From positions 1-48,452 of the forward strand of contig VBJI01000083.1 in the NCBI GenBank assembly GCA_005880875.1: a DNA stretch of 48,452 nt, written 5' to 3'. Under the pieces are notes generated by a model that made no database searches, was not told the DNA's origin, and saw only the letters and a list, made by a program, of their open reading frames with translations. Both the position numbers and the translations under genes were made by a program. This DNA is from Chloroflexota bacterium (GTDB taxonomy: Bacteria > Chloroflexota > Dormibacteria > CF-121). This document shows positions 32,095 to 42,085 of the stretch, one piece after another (within the stretch, counting starts at the first letter, position 1; every line of letters begins with the position of its first letter).

Positions 32095-33246
32095 CTCCTC
32101 TGCCACCGTCACCGCTTCCGGTTCCGACCTCGGGGCAAGGCCGATCCGATGATGGTGCCGGCAGCGCGCCTGATAGGTCGCGGCGCCGCCAATGACCACG
32201 AGCGGCGCGTCGACCGGTGCCGGCACCCCATCGACCAGTCGCTGGGTGCGGGTCGCCTGGCGCGAGCCACAATCCGCGTACTGGCAGGACGCCTGCAACT
32301 TGGTGAGCCGGTCGGCGTGTGCCGCCAGCAGTGGCATCGGTCCAAACGGACGCGCGAGGAAGTCGAGGTCGAGCCCGGCGATGATGACGTGCCGGCCGCG
32401 GCTCGCCAGCTCCTCGGCCAGGCTTACGATGTCCGGCCCGAAGAACTGGGCCTCGTCGATGCCGACCACGCGGGTCTCATCCCGCAGCTGGTCGCGCAGC
32501 GCCCCGGCGTCGGGGACGGCAATCGCCGGAAAGCGGATCTCGCGATGCGATGCAACCGCTTCGATGGCATAGCGGTCATCGAGGGCAGGCTTGAAAGCCT
32601 GAATGGTGGACCCGGCGTAGCGCGCCTGGTCGAGCCGGCGGATCAACTCCTGCGTCTTGCCGCTGAACATGCAGCCGCTGATCAGGTCGAGGCTGCCGGA
32701 GGGTTCATCAAACCAGATCTCCTGGAACGTCAACGCCCGGGCCTCCGCCGTGTGGTGCCGCCGGCAGACCGGCAGAAAGCGCTCGGGGGTGCCGTTGATC
32801 GCGTGAAACCGCTGGGTGCGACTGGCCGGATTGCGGCACCCGGGCTGGGCGCAGACGCCGTCGTCGAGCTTTGAGGCGAAGTCGGCGGCGCAGAGCAGCT
32901 CCGGCATCGGGCCGGCGGCCCGGCCGGCGTAATCGAGCTCCCAACCGGCCGCCACCACGTCCACCCGATGCAGCGTCGCCAGGTCATTGAGCACGTCGAG
33001 CAGCCGGTCGTCGTAGTGCTGGGCGTCGTCGACGGTGACCAGCTCGGTCAAGGGGTCCAGCTGGTTGAGCAACTCGTTGGCGTCGGCCACGGCGGTAAGT
33101 CGTTGCATGCGGCGGCCCTGGCGCATCGCCCGCTCGGCCTCCGCCTCCAGCTTCTTGGTCTTGCCCGAATGGGTTGGGCCCGCGTAAACGGTCAGGCTGC
33201 CCAGCCGGCGACGTTCGCGATCCTCGCGATAGCGCTCGTTGATCAT
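32080..33246 (-). CDS. tdk: Thymidine kinase with an extra, degenerate N-terminal TK domain
   Basis: C-domain: GCMFSGKT, IDEAQFF, GLDLDF, Zn Cys, YQARCRHH. N-domain: GPTHSGKT, VDDAQHY, GWELDY, CAQPGC, CRRHH. Confidence 0.9.
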   Translation of the reverse strand: MINERYREDRERRRLGSLTVYAGPTHSGKTKKLEAEAERAMRQGRRMQRLTAVADANELLNQLDPLTELVTVDDAQHYDDRLLDVLNDLATLHRVDVVAAGWELDYAGRAAGPMPELLCAADFASKLDDGVCAQPGCRNPASRTQRFHAINGTPERFLPVCRRHHTAEARALTFQEIWFDEPSGSLDLISGCMFSGKTQELIRRLDQARYAGSTIQAFKPALDDRYAIEAVASHREIRFPAIAVPDAGALRDQLRDETRVVGIDEAQFFGPDIVSLAEELASRGRHVIIAGLDLDFLARPFGPMPLLAAHADRLTKLQASCQYADCGSRQATRTQRLVDGVPAPVDAPLVVIGGAATYQARCRHHHRIGLAPRSEPEAVTVAEESAEL

Positions 33247-33312
33247 CCCTGCCTGATTATCTATCCATGTCAGACCGCGCTCAAGCTGGCCAAGACGAGG
33301 ACTAGCGCTGGG

Positions 33313-34500
33313 CTAGGGTCGGCGGAACTCCGCCTTCGCCTTCTCGACCAGCGACGGGTCGGCCAGCAAGTCGGCGCCGGTCATCGCCAACGCCTTCGCC
33401 GCGTCGACCATTGCCTGGTAGCCGCGCAGCGAGCCGGACGCCTCCAGGAACGCCTGCGAGTGACCGGGCACGTCGGCCGGAGCGATGGCGAGGGTGGGGT
33501 GCAGGCCGGGGACGACGTGGGTGACGTTCCCCATGTCGGTCGAGCCGGCGTTCTCCCAGGGGACGGGCTCGACCGGGTCGATGCCGAGGCGCCGCAAGTT
33601 GTCTTCGAAGAGCGCGGCCAGGACGCTGTTGTTACGCAAATCGCTGTACGGATCTTCGTCGAACGTCAGCTTGACGCTGCACCCGGTTGCCAGTGCGGCG
33701 GCCTGGAAAATGTTCTTCACCTTCTGGACGAGCTCCTGCATGTACGCCTCGTCCCGGGCGCGGACCAGGAACTCCCCGCTGGTCCGTTCCGGCACGATGT
33801 TGGGCGCCGTGCCGCCCTCTTTGAGGAAACCGTGCAGGCGGGCGCCTTCTTTGATGTGCTGGCGGAGCATGCTGATGCCGTTGTAGGCCAGCACGAACGC
33901 GTCGAGGGCGTTGATGCCCTTCTCCGGATCGCCCGAGGCATGCGCGGCGCGGCCGATGAACTCGAAATGCATGTGCGTCACCGCCAGCGCCCAGTGGAGC
34001 ACCTGGGTGCGCGTATCCGGATGAAACATCATGGCGGCGTCCACCTCCTGGAAGAGGCCACCGCGGATCAGGCGGATCTTTCCGCCACCGCCTTCTTCGG
34101 CGGGCGTCCCGATCACCTGGATCCGACCCGGGAAACGATCGAGGGCGTCAGCCAGGGCAATCCCGGCCCCGACCGACGCGGTGGCGATCAGGTTATGGCC
34201 GCAGCCATGCCCCAGACCGCGGAGGGCATCGTACTCCGATAAGAACGCAATCGACGGCCCGGTGCCGTTGCGGCGGGTGGCGACAAACGCCGTCGGGGTG
34301 TTGGCAACGCCCACCTCGACCTCGAAGCCGTGCTCCCGCAGCAGCGCCGTCAACCAGCCGACCGCCTGGCGCTCTTCGTAGCCGATCTCGGGGTTGGCAT
34401 GGATGTCCCGGCCGATCCGCTCCAGCTCGGGGCGGAGCGCGTCGATCCTGGTGCTGATCCCGTCCTTCAGCTGGCTGACCGGCGCCTGTGCTACCGACAT
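33313..34500 (-). CDS. M20 amidohydrolase (ACY1L2/AbgB-like)
   Basis: HANPEIGYEE, EYDAL.GLGHGCGHN, GTPAEEGGGGK, GSTDMGNV; ATG 34500. Confidence 0.92.
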   Translation of the reverse strand: MSVAQAPVSQLKDGISTRIDALRPELERIGRDIHANPEIGYEERQAVGWLTALLREHGFEVEVGVANTPTAFVATRRNGTGPSIAFLSEYDALRGLGHGCGHNLIATASVGAGIALADALDRFPGRIQVIGTPAEEGGGGKIRLIRGGLFQEVDAAMMFHPDTRTQVLHWALAVTHMHFEFIGRAAHASGDPEKGINALDAFVLAYNGISMLRQHIKEGARLHGFLKEGGTAPNIVPERTSGEFLVRARDEAYMQELVQKVKNIFQAAALATGCSVKLTFDEDPYSDLRNNSVLAALFEDNLRRLGIDPVEPVPWENAGSTDMGNVTHVVPGLHPTLAIAPADVPGHSQAFLEASGSLRGYQAMVDAAKALAMTGADLLADPSLVEKAKAEFRRP

Positions 34501-34516
34501 CCTGTCCAATAATTGT

Positions 34517-35053
34517 ATGGCGATGGCGGAGCGTCCAACACTCGACCAGGCGACGGACGAGGACCTGGCCCGGCGGGTTCGAGAAATCATGGCCGAAATG
34601 GCGCCGCTGGAGGAAGCCCTGGGCCGGCTGCGGGCGCAGATCCAGCAGGTGGCGAGCGAGCAAAAGAAACGGGAGCGGGCGCAGCACCTCAAATCCCGGA
34701 TGCAGGTGCGAACCACCGTCGCCCAGGGTCAGATGCCAACGTTGCAGCAGGTGGCGGAGAGTTCCAACGAGCTCGTCCCATCGGAGGCGACCCTCGCCGG
34801 CCTTCGCTTTTTCCGCGACAGCGGCACTGAAATCGGGCTCGGCTACGCCACCGCGCGCGAGCCGACGGTGTGGATGACGAACGGGTCGAGCACCGCCGCC
34901 GTCAAGACGGTTGCCGAAATCCGCACCCGTTACCTCGATGGCTGGGATTTCGGTACGGCGGCGCATCCCGGGGTGCGGATGCACATCCCGAACAGCCGGA
35001 CCGAGAAGATCGTACAGGCGTCAGAGGTCTTCATCCGTGTCGACGACGGCTAA
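34517..35053 (+). CDS. Hypothetical protein (N-terminal coiled coil plus globular domain)
   Basis: Host-like codon usage; fills the gap between flanking genes; start 34517 or 34523. Confidence 0.7.
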   Translation: MAMAERPTLDQATDEDLARRVREIMAEMAPLEEALGRLRAQIQQVASEQKKRERAQHLKSRMQVRTTVAQGQMPTLQQVAESSNELVPSEATLAGLRFFRDSGTEIGLGYATAREPTVWMTNGSSTAAVKTVAEIRTRYLDGWDFGTAAHPGVRMHIPNSRTEKIVQASEVFIRVDDG

Positions 35054-36312
35054 CTGACCGGCATTTCCCTTTTTGAGGCGACGGCCGACGTCAGTGCGAA
35101 CGCGAGGATGGCCCCGCTACCGGAAATGGCGATCACGCCCGCCATCGGCAGCGCGGAGCTGATCCCGGCGACCCCGACAAGTGGCGCACCGATGGCTCCC
35201 ACGCCGCTTTGAATGACGCCGAGCAAGGCTGACCCGGTTCCGGCGGCGTTGGGCCGCCTGGATAGGGCCAGGGCGGTGGCGTTGGGCACGATGAAGCCGA
35301 CGCTCGAGACCAGAAAGAATAGCGGCGGCAGGACCGCGACCAGGCCGAGGCCGCCGACCAGAACCACGAGCAGCAGGACAATGCCAGCGGTGGCTGCCGT
35401 GATCAAACCAGCCACGAGCAGCCGAGCCGGGGGAACCCAACCGACGAGGCTACCGTTGACCTGACTGGCGATCACAAAGCCGAGAGCATTCGTGCCGAAG
35501 ATCAGGCTGAACGTCTGCGGCGAGACGTGGTAGATCCCTTGCAGGACGAATGGCGATCCCGAGATGTAGGCAAACATCGCCCCGAAGGCCAGGCCACCGG
35601 AGAGCGCGTAGCCAATGAATCGCGCATCGGCGAGCAGCGCGCGGAAGATCGCCAGTGTGCCGCGCAGGCCGCCATCGCTGCGATGTGCTGCTGGAAGCGT
35701 TTCGGGCAAGCCGACCGCGGCGGCGAGCCAGAGGAGCGCCGCAACCAATGCGAGGGTCAGGAAGATGCCGTGCCACGACGTGAAGCGCAGGACCTGGGCA
35801 CCGATCACCGGCGCCAGGATGGGGGCCAGTCCCATGATCAAGACCAGGCGGGAGAAGTAGCGCGCCGCCGCCGATCCGACGTAGAGGTCGCGCACGATCG
35901 CCCGCGCGATCACGATGCCCGCGGCACCGGCCAGTCCCTGTACCAGGCGAAACCCGACGAGCACAGGCGCCACCGGGGCGGTGGCGCAAAGGAGCGAGGC
36001 CAGCACGTAGGCGGCAACCCCGATCAGGAGCGGACGTCGCCGCCCCAGTCGATCACTCAGTGGACCGGCGAGGATCTGACCAAGGGCTAGACCGACAAGA
36101 CACGCCGTCAGCGTGAGCTGAATCACGGACTCGCTCGCCGCCAGATCCCTTCCGATTGCCGGAAGGGCGGGCAGATACATATCGATCGAGAGGGGGCCGA
36201 ATGCGGTCAGTCCGCCGAGGAGCACGAACAACCGCGCTCGCTGCCAGGGCGATCGAACCGGCGCCACCTCCGAGCCGGCGACGGCCTCGGCCGGCTGTTG
36301 ACTCAAAGCCAT
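35050..36312 (-). CDS. Bcr/CflA-family MFS efflux transporter
   Basis: PLSIDMYLPALP, GPLSDRLGRR, LPETLP. Confidence 0.93.
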   Translation of the reverse strand: MALSQQPAEAVAGSEVAPVRSPWQRARLFVLLGGLTAFGPLSIDMYLPALPAIGRDLAASESVIQLTLTACLVGLALGQILAGPLSDRLGRRRPLLIGVAAYVLASLLCATAPVAPVLVGFRLVQGLAGAAGIVIARAIVRDLYVGSAAARYFSRLVLIMGLAPILAPVIGAQVLRFTSWHGIFLTLALVAALLWLAAAVGLPETLPAAHRSDGGLRGTLAIFRALLADARFIGYALSGGLAFGAMFAYISGSPFVLQGIYHVSPQTFSLIFGTNALGFVIASQVNGSLVGWVPPARLLVAGLITAATAGIVLLLVVLVGGLGLVAVLPPLFFLVSSVGFIVPNATALALSRRPNAAGTGSALLGVIQSGVGAIGAPLVGVAGISSALPMAGVIAISGSGAILAFALTSAVASKREMPVS

Positions 36313-36358
36313 ACCAACGTATTAACCCACGGAGTCCAGATGCAATTCCCAGCTCGAG

Positions 36359-38644
36359 CTAACCAAGCGCGACCGGCCGCCCCATAGTTCCGGCAATCGG
36401 CGGCCCGTCCGGCCGGTGCACGCGCACCACCGCTTCGTACTCGAGTGGCCCTCCTTCGAGGAGCACGCGCTCCGCGTCAATGGTCAGTTCGAACCGGAGA
36501 TCGCGATGATCGTCGGCGATCCGCATCTCGCTCGCGCTCGCATCGCCCGGATACACCTCAAAGCTCAGCGGATCCCAGTTCCGCTCGTTCGCGTAGTGGA
36601 GTTCCGGCCCCATCGGCAGCACCGCGCCCGCCCGGACGAAGAGCGGCAGCGTTTCGAGTTCAGCCTCGTAGCGGATCCACCGCCGTCCATCGACCGGTCG
36701 GTCCGTCCAGTAGTCGTACCAGCCGCCCTCGGGCAGATAGACATCCCGTGAGCCACGCGGTTTGAACATCGGCGCCACCAGCAGGTCGGGTCCGAGCAGG
36801 TACTCATCATCGACGTGGCGGGTGGTCGGGTCCGACGGATGGTCGAAGACCAGCGGCCGGACAAGCGGGATTCCATCCGGCGCCCGCCGCGCCGCTGAAT
36901 ATAGGTAAGGTAGGAGCCGGTAGCGCAGCTGCGCGTAGCGGCGAAAGATGGAGAGCGCCGGCTCGCCATAGGCCCAGGGCTCGCGCGGGGCGGTGTGCCC
37001 GTGTGCTCGGGCGTGCGAGAAAAGCAGCCCCATCTGCGACCAGCGCACGTAGAGCTCCGGGCTGGGTGGGTCGGCTAACTCAGGGAACCCGAAGAACCCA
37101 CCCATGTCGAAGCTGGCGAAGGCCGCGCCGGACAGGATCCAGCTCAGGGCGCCACGCAGGCTGGCCGCCATGTCATCGAAGGTGCAACCAGGATCGCCGC
37201 CCCAATGCACCGGGTATCGCTGCGATCCCGCGTAACCGGAACGACCCCAGATGAGGCCGTAGCCGTGAACCGCCTGCGTCGTCTCGAAGACGGCCCGCTG
37301 GTAGAGCAGAGGATAGAGATTGTGCAGCTGCTCGGCCGGCGTGCCATCGTGCGCGACCGCGTCAACCGGCAGGTCCTCCGCGAAATCGGGCTTCATCACG
37401 GCTACCCCCATCTTCAGGAGCCGCTCGTTCTTCGCCTGGAACCACGCAATGGCTTCGGGGTTGGTGAAGTCGATGGCCGCGCTCGGCTTGGCAAAACCGT
37501 GCACCAGGGCCGGGACTCCCGCCTTGGTCTTCATCAGGAAGCCGCGGCGCTCGCCTTCGGCGCGCATCTCGGAATCGAGCGGGACGTAGGGGCTTTCCCA
37601 CAGGGACACCTTGAAGCCCAGGGCTCTGAGCTCCTCGATCATGCCCTGCGGATCGGGAAACGCCGACTCGTCCCATTCGAAGTCCCCGTGGTGGCCTTCG
37701 TGGTAGCGCATCCAGTACGGATCGATGTGGATCACGTCGCAGGGAATCTTTTCTTCGCGCATCCGGCGGGCCACGGTCATCACTTCGTCCCGGTTTCGAT
37801 AGCCCCACCGGCTGATCCAGAAGCCGAACGACCAGTACGGAGGGACCGCGGGCCGGCCGGTCAGCTCGTGATAGCCACGAATCAAGCCGGGGATTCCGTC
37901 GCCGGCGATCAGGTAGACGCGGAGGTGATCGGCTCGAGCCGTCGCTTGCCAGGCCGCCACTGACGCCTGGCCCAGGTCGTAGTAGATCGGGGCCGTCATG
38001 TCGAAGAAGACGGCGTAACCCTCGGAGCTCAGTAACAGGGGCACGTTCTTGTAGGCTCGATCGCTACGAACCCCGAAGGCGTCCACCGTCCACGACGCGA
38101 AAGCCTGGCCGCGGCGGTCGAGCGCGCCGAAATGCTCCCCCAGGCCAAAGATGGCTTCACTCGGTTTCAGGTGCGCGGTCAGCCAGCGTAGGCCCCGAGC
38201 ATGGCCGGTCGGGAAATGGTGGTAGGCGCCGCGGATGTCCCGGTCCTCCGGCGCTTCGGCAAAGCGCTCGGCACCCGTCGGATCAATCAGCCGCAGCCGA
38301 TACGGCTCGCGGTCGATACGCAGCTGGACTTGCGGAGTTTCGATCGACCAGCCGTCTGCCTCGTCGGCGAGTCGCCACTCGGTCTTGTTTGGCGCATCCG
38401 GCACCAGCAACCGAGACGCCCGCGCCGCGCCAGCGCCGATGTGGACGCGAATCATGCTCGGGGTGACCGGGCGGATGTCGATCGGGACTCGCCCGCCGCG
38501 GTCGTCCTGGGCCGAGACCTCGACATGGCCGGCTCGGGCCTGGACGGTTTGCACCCGCTGGATCCGACGTGGGTCGCGGGGCTGGAAATCGGACGCCGGG
38601 CGGGCTGGTCGTGCCGCTTGGGCTACCAGCCGCGCTGGATCCAC
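36359..38644 (-). CDS. GH31 glycoside hydrolase (alpha-xylosidase YicI-like)
   Basis: FGLGE, YKNVP, KPDFAE (nucleophile), HNLYPLLY, HWGGD, DMGGF, LGPDLLVAP. Confidence 0.92.
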   Translation of the reverse strand: MDPARLVAQAARPARPASDFQPRDPRRIQRVQTVQARAGHVEVSAQDDRGGRVPIDIRPVTPSMIRVHIGAGAARASRLLVPDAPNKTEWRLADEADGWSIETPQVQLRIDREPYRLRLIDPTGAERFAEAPEDRDIRGAYHHFPTGHARGLRWLTAHLKPSEAIFGLGEHFGALDRRGQAFASWTVDAFGVRSDRAYKNVPLLLSSEGYAVFFDMTAPIYYDLGQASVAAWQATARADHLRVYLIAGDGIPGLIRGYHELTGRPAVPPYWSFGFWISRWGYRNRDEVMTVARRMREEKIPCDVIHIDPYWMRYHEGHHGDFEWDESAFPDPQGMIEELRALGFKVSLWESPYVPLDSEMRAEGERRGFLMKTKAGVPALVHGFAKPSAAIDFTNPEAIAWFQAKNERLLKMGVAVMKPDFAEDLPVDAVAHDGTPAEQLHNLYPLLYQRAVFETTQAVHGYGLIWGRSGYAGSQRYPVHWGGDPGCTFDDMAASLRGALSWILSGAAFASFDMGGFFGFPELADPPSPELYVRWSQMGLLFSHARAHGHTAPREPWAYGEPALSIFRRYAQLRYRLLPYLYSAARRAPDGIPLVRPLVFDHPSDPTTRHVDDEYLLGPDLLVAPMFKPRGSRDVYLPEGGWYDYWTDRPVDGRRWIRYEAELETLPLFVRAGAVLPMGPELHYANERNWDPLSFEVYPGDASASEMRIADDHRDLRFELTIDAERVLLEGGPLEYEAVVRVHRPDGPPIAGTMGRPVALG

Positions 38645-39056
38645 TCGTCAAGGTGCGGCCGCTCCCGCCCGATCGTGGTGGGCTGGCCGTGACCGGGAAG
38701 CACCTGAGTTTCGTCCGGCAGGGTAAAGAGCTTGCCGCGGATGCGTACTCCCCAAACCGAAACCTCTCGCCGTCCCTCACCCGGTAATCCGCCGCGATCG
38801 GCATCATCGACTCGTCGGCTTCGTGGCAAGTGAAGCGGGCGTGAGTTCGGTCGCGAACGGTCTCGAGCGCCTGCACGTGGTCGGCGTGTCCGTGCGTGGT
38901 CAGGATGTGGCTGACCCGCAGCCCCTCGAGCTCTTTGATGATGCGTGGCGCGTCGTTGGCCGCGTCGATCAGCAGGGCGTCATTCGCCTTCGGATCGCTC
39001 AGCAGGTAGACATTGTTGTCATACGGCCCGACGGAAAATGTGGTCAGGCGGTACAT
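38623..39056 (-). pseudogene. MBL-fold hydrolase (glyoxalase II-like) with an internal deletion and frameshift near 38744
   Basis: The N-part with THGHADH reads to FGEY; the C-part IRGKLFTLPDETQVLPGHG...IGRER is in another frame. The TPGHT and GD motifs are missing. Confidence 0.8.
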
Positions 39057-39094
39057 GCCTTGAAAGTCTACGCAGGTCCATAGAATTGGCAACG

Positions 39095-39946
39095 GTGGCA
39101 AAGGAACGTCGCATCGGCATGCATTTGCATACCGGCCGTGGCCTCGACAAGACGGTCGAGACGATCAAGGCTCTGCAGTTGAAGGCCATCCAGATTTTCA
39201 CCGGGAACCCCAGCGCCTGGCGCTCGGCGCCGATCGATTCGCAGGCGACCGCGGTGTTCAAACGTTCCCTCGAAGAGCTCGACGTCCGGCCGTCGATGTC
39301 ACACGCGATGTACCTGATCAACCTGGCCAGCCCCAATCCGAACTTTCAGAAGAAATCGCGAGACGCCCTGGTCGCGGAACTCGGTCGGGCCGAATCGTAC
39401 GGCCTCCACTTCGTGGTCACGCACGTCGGGAGTCACATGGGTGAGGGCGCCCAGGTCGGGATCGACCGCGTCATCGCGGCACTCGACCACGTGCTGAGCG
39501 CAGCCGCCGGGTCGGCGACCTGCCTGCTCGAGACCTCGGCCGGTGGCGGCGCCTACGTCGGCGCGAAGTTCGAGGATCTCGCCCAGATCCTGTCTCGGCT
39601 TCCACAGCACGCCGAGCGCCTGGGGGTGTGTTTCGACACCGCGCATGCCTATGCGTCCGGCTACGACGACGCCGGCTCGGAGGGGATGCGCAAGACGCTC
39701 GATCAACTGACCGCGATCGTGCCGGCGCAGCGGATCCGGGCCTGCCACTGCAACGACACGACCGTCGCACTGGGAGGCAAGGCCGACCGGCACGTGAACA
39801 TCGGACAGGGAAACATCGGCCTGGAGGGCTTTCGGGCACTTCTCCAATACGAGCCCCTGGCCCATTGCGCCTTCGTCCTGGAAACGCCGGGGGAGGAGAT
39901 GCTCGAGGGACAGGAAAACCTGAATCGGTTGCGCGCGCTGCAGTGA
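39095..39946 (+). CDS. nfo: Endonuclease IV
   Basis: IGMH, QIF, HAMYLINLAS, HVGS, LLETSAG, CFDTAHAYASG, HCND, DRH.NIG.G, LETP. Confidence 0.93.
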   Translation: MAKERRIGMHLHTGRGLDKTVETIKALQLKAIQIFTGNPSAWRSAPIDSQATAVFKRSLEELDVRPSMSHAMYLINLASPNPNFQKKSRDALVAELGRAESYGLHFVVTHVGSHMGEGAQVGIDRVIAALDHVLSAAAGSATCLLETSAGGGAYVGAKFEDLAQILSRLPQHAERLGVCFDTAHAYASGYDDAGSEGMRKTLDQLTAIVPAQRIRACHCNDTTVALGGKADRHVNIGQGNIGLEGFRALLQYEPLAHCAFVLETPGEEMLEGQENLNRLRALQ

Positions 39947-40731
39947 GCGAGCCGATCGAGGCGGTGCTGTTCGATTACGGCCACACGCTGATTTATTTCG
40001 AGGAGCGGCCGCACTCGGCGCTCGTGGGCGCCTACGAAAACGTCAACCGTCTGCTGGCCGAGACGCTGGAACGGGAGGTGCCGGCGGCCCAGATCCTGAT
40101 CGAGCGGGTTTCACAGGTGGTCGATGACGAAATTCAACGGGACTATGCGGCCGGCCGGCCGGAAGAGGTTGAGATCGCTGCCATCTACGACGTCGCGCTT
40201 CGCGGCCTGGGCCTGGAGCTGGAACCTGACCTGATCGAACGGGTCATGGAACTGGAGCAGGAGGGCTGGCTGAACAGCGTGCACGTCGGTCCCCACGTGG
40301 TCGAAACCCTGCAGACCCTCCGCGGCCGTAGCCTCCGCCTCGGCCTGGTCTCCAACGCCGCCTACCGACCGCGCCTGATGACGCAGCAGCTCCGCGCGCT
40401 CGGCCTCTTGCCCTACTTCGACGGAGTGACCTTCTCCTCAGAGGTTGGGGTGCGCAAGCCACACCCCGAAATCTTCAACGACGCGCTCCGGAAAGTTGGC
40501 GTTGGAGCGCGGCAAGCCCTGTTTGTCGGCGACCGGGTGCGGGAGGATGTCCTCGGCCCGCAGCGGCTGGGCATGCGGGCGATTCTGACCCGGGAGTGGC
40601 GCCAGGAAGACGATCCAGGGGCGGCCGACGCTGTTATCGAGGGTCTGGGTGAGCTGCCGGCCGTGGTCGAACGGCTGATCGCCGGACCACAGGCAGCCGA
40701 TACCTATAATGAGGTGACGTCGCGCGAGTAG
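39943..40731 (+). CDS. HAD-superfamily hydrolase
   Basis: FDYGHTL, VSN, RKPHPEIF, VGDRVREDV.G; GTGA overlap with nfo. Confidence 0.9.
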   Translation: MSEPIEAVLFDYGHTLIYFEERPHSALVGAYENVNRLLAETLEREVPAAQILIERVSQVVDDEIQRDYAAGRPEEVEIAAIYDVALRGLGLELEPDLIERVMELEQEGWLNSVHVGPHVVETLQTLRGRSLRLGLVSNAAYRPRLMTQQLRALGLLPYFDGVTFSSEVGVRKPHPEIFNDALRKVGVGARQALFVGDRVREDVLGPQRLGMRAILTREWRQEDDPGAADAVIEGLGELPAVVERLIAGPQAADTYNEVTSRE

Positions 40732-40761
40732 GATCGCGGATGGGTTCTGGAGGTAGGGGCG

Positions 40762-41058
40762 GTGGACTTCCGCGAATATCTGAAGCGCAAGTGTCGCGAG
40801 CAAAACATATCCTTGCACCGGCTCGCGGTCCGCTGCGACCTCAACCAGATCTACTTCTACCAGGCCGTCAACAAGAACAAGGAAAACCCGCCGCCCTGGG
40901 TGCTCCGTCGAGCCGCGCCGCATCTCGGGGTGACCTACGTTGAGCTGCTGATCGCGGCCGGTCACCTGACCGAGGACGACCTCCGTGACTACGACCGAAC
41001 GCCGACCAAACCGCCGGAGAAAGAGCGGGAGCGCGAACGGGAGAAGGTCTCGGTCTGA
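40762..41058 (+). CDS. Small XRE-like helix-turn-helix protein
   Basis: F.EYLK.K......SL..LA....L...Y; P.P.VL...A..LGV.Y.ELL.AAG.L; GGAGG RBS; TATAAT at 40705-40710. Confidence 0.72.
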   Translation: MDFREYLKRKCREQNISLHRLAVRCDLNQIYFYQAVNKNKENPPPWVLRRAAPHLGVTYVELLIAAGHLTEDDLRDYDRTPTKPPEKEREREREKVSV

Positions 41059-41101
41059 CCGGTAGCGTGGTTAGAACCGACCGGCCGGATTGGCCGACGG
41101 G

Positions 41102-41857
41102 TTAGGCCGAGGTCGGGCCACCGCCCTTGACGAAGTCCGAGAAGTGATACGTCACGCTCCAGGTGAACTGGCTGGTGCTGACGTCGATCTTCATCTGGTG
41201 GATATAGAGGTCACTGGCAGAGATCCAGACCTCGACCTCGATGCCGGCGTTCCCCAGGAGAGCCTCGTCCTCGGCCGTGACGCCATTGGCGGGATCGGCC
41301 TTGAGTTGCTCGACGTACTTGGCGGGGTCGACGGCCAGCGCGAAGTGATGGACGGCGATGCGGTCCATCGTCATGTCGCCCAGGTCCTGCGACGCCCGGA
41401 AGGCGCGCGCAAACTCGAGATTGGCGATGGGATCCATGCCAGGTGCGATCTGGCCCTTGGAGTCGCCGGTCACGTCCTTCCAGGCGGGGCCCTGCGACGG
41501 GATCTGGAGGTACTCGTGGCCGCTTTCGATCCGCTCGTTCATCGCCACAATCGCGGTCTGGTTGTTGGCGGCCGGGACCTGCAATTGCAGGCTGAGATTC
41601 TCCTTGTGCGGGTACACGAGGTCTCCGGAGCCGGTGATGCGGACTCCGGCGATCCCGCCCAGGACGAGGGTCCCGGTCAATGACAGGTGCACGCTCTTCA
41701 GCGTTTGCATGGCGTCGCCGCTCTTGCTGATGACGGGTCCCGCATCCAGCGAGGGCGACGAGGTCGCCTGCTGCGGCAGCACGGTGTTGATGGCGCCGCT
41801 CTTCCAGATCAGGAGGCACGATGCGACCGCCACCACGATAGTGACGAGCCGGCCCAT
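41102..41857 (-). CDS. Second LppX/LprAFG-like exported protein
   Basis: N-terminal hydrophobic anchor; VISKS.DAM.TLKSVHL; EVWI...D.YIHQM; YHFSDF. Confidence 0.6.
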   Translation of the reverse strand: MGRLVTIVVAVASCLLIWKSGAINTVLPQQATSSPSLDAGPVISKSGDAMQTLKSVHLSLTGTLVLGGIAGVRITGSGDLVYPHKENLSLQLQVPAANNQTAIVAMNERIESGHEYLQIPSQGPAWKDVTGDSKGQIAPGMDPIANLEFARAFRASQDLGDMTMDRIAVHHFALAVDPAKYVEQLKADPANGVTAEDEALLGNAGIEVEVWISASDLYIHQMKIDVSTSQFTWSVTYHFSDFVKGGGPTSA

Positions 41858-41889
41858 CGAGCACGCAACGGGTCGCGCCGACCTTCCTT

Positions 41890-41982
41890 GCTAGAGAGAG
41901 CGCGGCCCGCCGGAAGGAGGGGTTGGCGTTGGATCCGAAGAGGGGGGACGGGAGTCAGGGACGCCGGCGGGCCTAGCCAGCG
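41890..41982 (-). ncRNA. Candidate C-rich sRNA or structured leader
   Basis: TATGAT at 41993-41988; perfect 10-bp stem 41904-13/41964-73 enclosing CUCCC, CCCCCC and CCCCUCCUU; followed by a pyrimidine tract. Confidence 0.5.
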
Positions 41983-42085
41983 CCGGGATCATATCAACGC
42001 ATTTCGTCCGCGACACGCCATATACGTGCTTGTTACGCGGCTGTTACAGGCCCCAGCGCCGCCGAGCAAAGTTAGACTGGCCAGC

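Noticed and set aside
38623-39056. Programmed frameshift in the MBL hydrolase
   Set aside because: Conserved motifs are missing altogether rather than shifted in frame, so a deletion explains it better.
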